This document shows, piece after piece, positions 61,997-64,000 of a stretch of 64,000 nucleotides of DNA. Within the stretch, counting starts at the first letter, position 1. Each line of letters opens with the position of its first letter. Source of the stretch: Oopsacas minuta (lineage: Eukaryota > Animalia > Porifera). The translations under genes and the position numbers were made by a program. A model generated the notes under the pieces. It did not search any database. It worked only from the letters and a program-made list of their open reading frames with translations, and was not told the origin of the DNA. Where the stretch lies: NCBI GenBank assembly GCA_024704765.1, contig JAKMXF010000007.1, positions 1-64,000 on the forward strand. Reading direction: 5' to 3'.

Positions 61997-64000
61997 ATGT
62001 CACTTAGCTTCTACCATGGTGAAGAATTCTCTTCATTTGGTAGTTTAGGCAGCAACCCAAGCACTTGCAGTACTCGCTCTAACCTTAGTCAAAGAGTAGA
62101 GTTAGTCATAGCACCTCTCATTGAGGAACTGATATCTGTTTCACCCAGTTCCAGAGAGAGCGTATGCAAATTGGACGGTACAAAGAAACAGAATAATATA
62201 TCCGTCTCCCTACTACTACAAAGTCTAGATCAAGCTGTTAGCAGTCTAGTACATACTGCTGAGATAATAGCTTATGAGAATGATAAGAAAGTTCGAAGAA
62301 AGATGCTTAATGCTGTGAACAGACTCAAAACATCTGCTAAACAGCTGTCACAACTAATGTCTGATAATATCCCACCATCACCTACTCACTGTATAGACAC
62401 TGAGAAGTCACCGTCTCTGCGTGACGTAGCACGTGTTCTGCTTTATGACGTAGCATGTGTGTTGTCAGTAGCAGATAAAGTGGATGAAAGGAAGTTACAG
62501 GAAGCTACTCAGTCTATAGAAAGTTGTTTGGATAGTTTAAGAGATGTTGTGTCTCTCACTGAGTTGTATCAACAGATAACTCAATTCACTCCTGTCATGG
62601 CCAGACTAGCTAAACTAGCCAAGCAACGACAGAATGAGTTAGGTATGCTTGTTTACCGTTTTAAGTAGCTCGAAGGTATCCGCCCCGTAACCCAGGTAAT
62701 ATACTGTCCGGATCAATTATTCAAATTGTAACTGTCACACCAGAATTGGCCCGGACCAGTCTTGGCATCCAAACTGGTCCGGTGAGATTTGTCATGGATT
62801 ACGTTTATTATATTCTCTTTAGACTGCTGTGAAGATAACTCGTGTTTAGTAGAAAGCTTGTCTTGGCATCGTAGAGTACTGACTATTGGCTGTGCTATGT
62901 TAATCTCTTCCTGTAAATGCTACGTGAGACATCCAGACATAGAGACTGCTAGAATTAACAGAGACTTCTCTTTTGATGTCATTCTAGAATCTTCTAACAT
63001 TATAGCCAGGGTATGTAGTAAACATGTATTTTATAGCAACTTAATTAAAAGGATTATTACTTTGTCAGTGATTGAAATTTTACACTTTATCCAGAATTTC
63101 TTGTTAACCGTGTTCGTATTAATGGTTATAATGTATGTGGCATTATAGTGTTCCAGAGTTATTAGAGCGAGTAGGGAAATAGTCGATCACCAAATTAATC
63201 ACAATCACGATCATTTTCCGATCACATTTCTGAAATATATAAACATCTCGTATAGGGAGAGGCTATATTACCTGCGGCAGTCCGTCCGTCCGTCCGGGCG
63301 GCCATGCGAAATCTACCAATCCGATTGCCATGAAAACGAGTACATCCACCTTCATATACACTTTGGGGTCTAGATTCACAAATTTTCAAATTCTGTCTGC
63401 CTAAAAAGATAGAAAATATGATCGAAAATTTCGGGAAAAACGATTGCGATCTTACACTCGATCACTGTTTATACAATGATCGCCGATCGTCAAATACAAA
63501 TGCCCTAGAAGTGAGTATATATTAACCTAGCCTCCTAGAATCCTTACATATGTATACGTATATGCATACTGCATACTGCATAGGCGCCAAGTTTAGTTAC
63601 GGAGACTGTATTTATGTGAAACCACATAGAGGTACCAGAAATTTCGGTGACTCCCCTGGTTTGATTTGTTACCTAGAACTTGACGCTAATGTGTATATGT
63701 ACAGGCTACAGGTATTACTCCGGATACAGCGAGCAGATATTGACCTTCCGTTGGTGTCGTATTAACGTGGTTCCACTGTATTTGATTTATAACAGTCATA
63801 TTTGTATAGATTATGGGAGATAACTACGTTCCTCCAGACTTCACCTTAGAAACAGGAGGAGCTTTCTACCAGCAGATAACCTCTTTCCAAATTCTCACAC
63901 TCATGCCCCCAGAAGATAGCACTACACTTAAACAGACAGCAGACATACAACACATCCTCAGATACCTCATTGACACATCTGACTCCATCACTGAGCTGGT
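61997..64000 (+). CDS. CTNNAL1: Alpha-catulin-like (vinculin/alpha-catenin family), 5' part: exons 61997-62642, 62823-63010 and 63810 to beyond 64000
   Basis: VIAPLIEELI, ARVLLYDVACVLSVADKV, QRQNEL|D and MLISSCKCYVRHP...RINRD match the vinculin/catulin head. GT-AG junctions are in phase (1, 0). Confidence 0.8.

Noticed and set aside
57960-64000. Adducin plus catulin as a functional cytoskeletal gene cluster
   Set aside because: Adjacency of two genes is weak evidence without synteny or co-expression data.

Overview
AT-rich eukaryotic (animal) genomic DNA with GT-AG introns. The compact, intron-poor genes and the repeat landscape suggest a sponge-like early-branching metazoan; this is an impression, not a demonstration. 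Host genes: a caspase and a DENND5-like RUN-PLAT-RUN gene (both frameshifted, in the first 3.5 kb), an intronless carbohydrate sulfotransferase, a six-exon UBR1/2 N-recognin E3 ligase spanning 12.5-33.7 kb, an intronless ADAM metalloprotease nested on the same strand in UBR intron 3, a PAQR receptor, a MAPK pseudogene, an atypical Maf-like bZIP, a short adducin and the 5' part of an alpha-catulin-like gene. Between and inside these genes lie many DNA transposons: P/THAP, two hAT types, Ginger1 with an OTU domain, two Chapaev3, Tc1/pogo MITEs, Helitron-like repeats and a KDZ-like relic. There are also several foldback hairpins and a 1.3-kb two-variant 17-bp minisatellite. I saw no rRNA, convincing tRNA, CRISPR array or reverse transcriptase. 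The best leads are the nested, probably GPI-anchored ADAM, the Ginger1-OTU element, a long-TIR element carrying an unrecognised ORF, and the caspase split by a frameshift at its p20/p10 linker. None is proven to be a new system. All family assignments are by motif recognition, without database searches.
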